Below, piece after piece: positions 45,844-46,434 of a DNA stretch of 46,434 bases. The position numbers and the translations under genes are program-made. The stretch comes from Clostridiales bacterium (GTDB lineage Bacteria > Bacillota > Clostridia > Oscillospirales > UBA644). Every line of letters starts with the position of its first letter. Position 1 is the stretch's first letter. The DNA is taken from contig JAEEJJ010000071.1 of NCBI GenBank assembly GCA_016281805.1, forward strand, positions 1 to 46,434. Direction: 5' to 3'. A model generated the notes under the pieces. That model did not search any database and was not told the DNA's origin. It saw only the letters and a program-made list of their open reading frames with translations.

Positions 45844-45931
45844 ATAATGATTCCTTTCCATAGTGTTTTTTGACAAAAAGAAACCGTCCGGTTTTTAACT
45901 CGGACGGTGAAAATAGGATGTTGACGAGGCT

Positions 45932-46348
45932 TCATATGCGTTCCAGCAGTTTTTCCTTCAGATATTTGTACCTGTTTCTTTTTTCCTCTTTGGCGAAATG
46001 AGTATCTCGGAACTGTTCGGGACAGCCGGAGTAATTGAGAACGACGTCGCCGAACTGCTCGCTTGTCAGATCGAAAACACAATCGCCGATTGCGTTGAAA
46101 CAGTGATAGTTTCCGTCGCCAAGCGGAACGCCGTACACCTTGCCGCCGAAAATGTCCTGTATGAGAAACGCGGTGATGGAACATTGACCGAGAGTTTTGT
46201 TTTCTGGAGTCCAGTCTTTTCGCATTCTCGGGGCGCACGTTTCCGCGCACCATATCCCGGACAGGAGATCGTAATAATCTCTCGGTGTCATTCCCCGGCT
46301 GTCTTTTACGTTGGCTTCTTTCCAGCCGTAAAACGAATATGTTTTCAT
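45932..46348 (-). CDS. YunG-like hypothetical protein
   Basis: The 138-aa product has DWTPENKTLGQCSITAFLIQDIFGGKV, which resembles my recollection of the B. subtilis YunG family. Function is unknown. Confidence 0.45.
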   Translation of the reverse strand: MKTYSFYGWKEANVKDSRGMTPRDYYDLLSGIWCAETCAPRMRKDWTPENKTLGQCSITAFLIQDIFGGKVYGVPLGDGNYHCFNAIGDCVFDLTSEQFGDVVLNYSGCPEQFRDTHFAKEEKRNRYKYLKEKLLERI

Positions 46349-46364
46349 AGTGCGGTTTCTTTGT

Positions 46365-46434
46365 TCAGTTGCCTCTGCAGTTGTGCTCGGCGCAGTGTTC
46401 GTGACCGCAGTCGCCGCCGTGGTGTTCGTGATGA
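46365..46434 (-). CDS. 3' end of a gene running off the window, with a His/Cys-rich C-terminal tail
   Basis: The minus-strand frame reads ...HHEHHGGDCGHEHCAEHNCRGN, then a TGA at 46365-46367. This may be a metal-binding tail, and the gene is partial. Confidence 0.35.
   Translation of the reverse strand, partial: HHEHHGGDCGHEHCAEHNCRGN

Larger units (their letters stand above)
561..46434 (-). mobile_element. Integrative conjugative element (Clostridia type), right end outside the window. It carries a serine recombinase, a regulatory switch, a defence island, cargo genes and a MOB/T4SS backbone.
   Basis: One co-oriented gene array holds a large serine recombinase, an ImmA/LexA-like switch, a relaxase with RHH accessory protein, VirD4-like and VirB4-like ATPases and a Toprim/DUF3991 protein. 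The left boundary is only approximate: it is placed downstream of the recombinase stop at 648. Confidence 0.75.

Noticed and set aside
1-46434. CRISPR arrays, tRNA and rRNA genes
   Set aside because: I saw no regularly spaced direct repeats, no cloverleaf-like segments in intergenic regions, and no rRNA-like conserved blocks on either strand.

Overview
The window is almost entirely one Firmicutes (Clostridia-type) integrative conjugative element (ICE), read mostly on the minus strand; all calls rest on motif recognition and hand-checked coordinates, with no database search run. From the right it carries a conjugation and mobilisation backbone. This comprises a VirB4-like ATPase, small transfer proteins, a candidate oriT, an RHH accessory protein with a MobA/VirD2-type relaxase, a Toprim/DUF3991 protein and a VirD4-like coupling protein. 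A cargo block interrupts the backbone: radical SAM, nitroreductase and nitronate monooxygenase-like genes, plus TetR-dinB on the plus strand. A visibly more AT-rich array of 18 co-oriented, mostly overlapping genes follows (about 9.06-32.8 kb) and forms a defence island. It holds an XRE regulator with two tandem C5-methyltransferases and an unassigned 302-aa protein. It also holds McrBC (mcrB carries an in-frame amber codon) and a GHKL-Z1-PD(D/E)XK-AIPR-Dcm-Vsr module that I believe matches the Mza / MORC-Z1-AIPR type. The most interesting part is a WYL-regulator-led operon (9059-16925) that I cannot match to any named system. It encodes a dynamin-like GTPase, a tail-anchored membrane protein, a 959-aa HerA/FtsK-type ATPase, an HNH/EndoVII (GH-E/WHH-like) nuclease and an immunity-like protein. 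The left part holds a LexA-like/ImmA-like switch, a sigma-70 region-4 protein, a DUF4143 AAA ATPase and a GC-rich hairpin-dense non-coding stretch. It ends with a zinc-ribbon-fused MazF/PemK toxin and a large serine recombinase at the element edge. I saw no rRNA, tRNA or CRISPR array.
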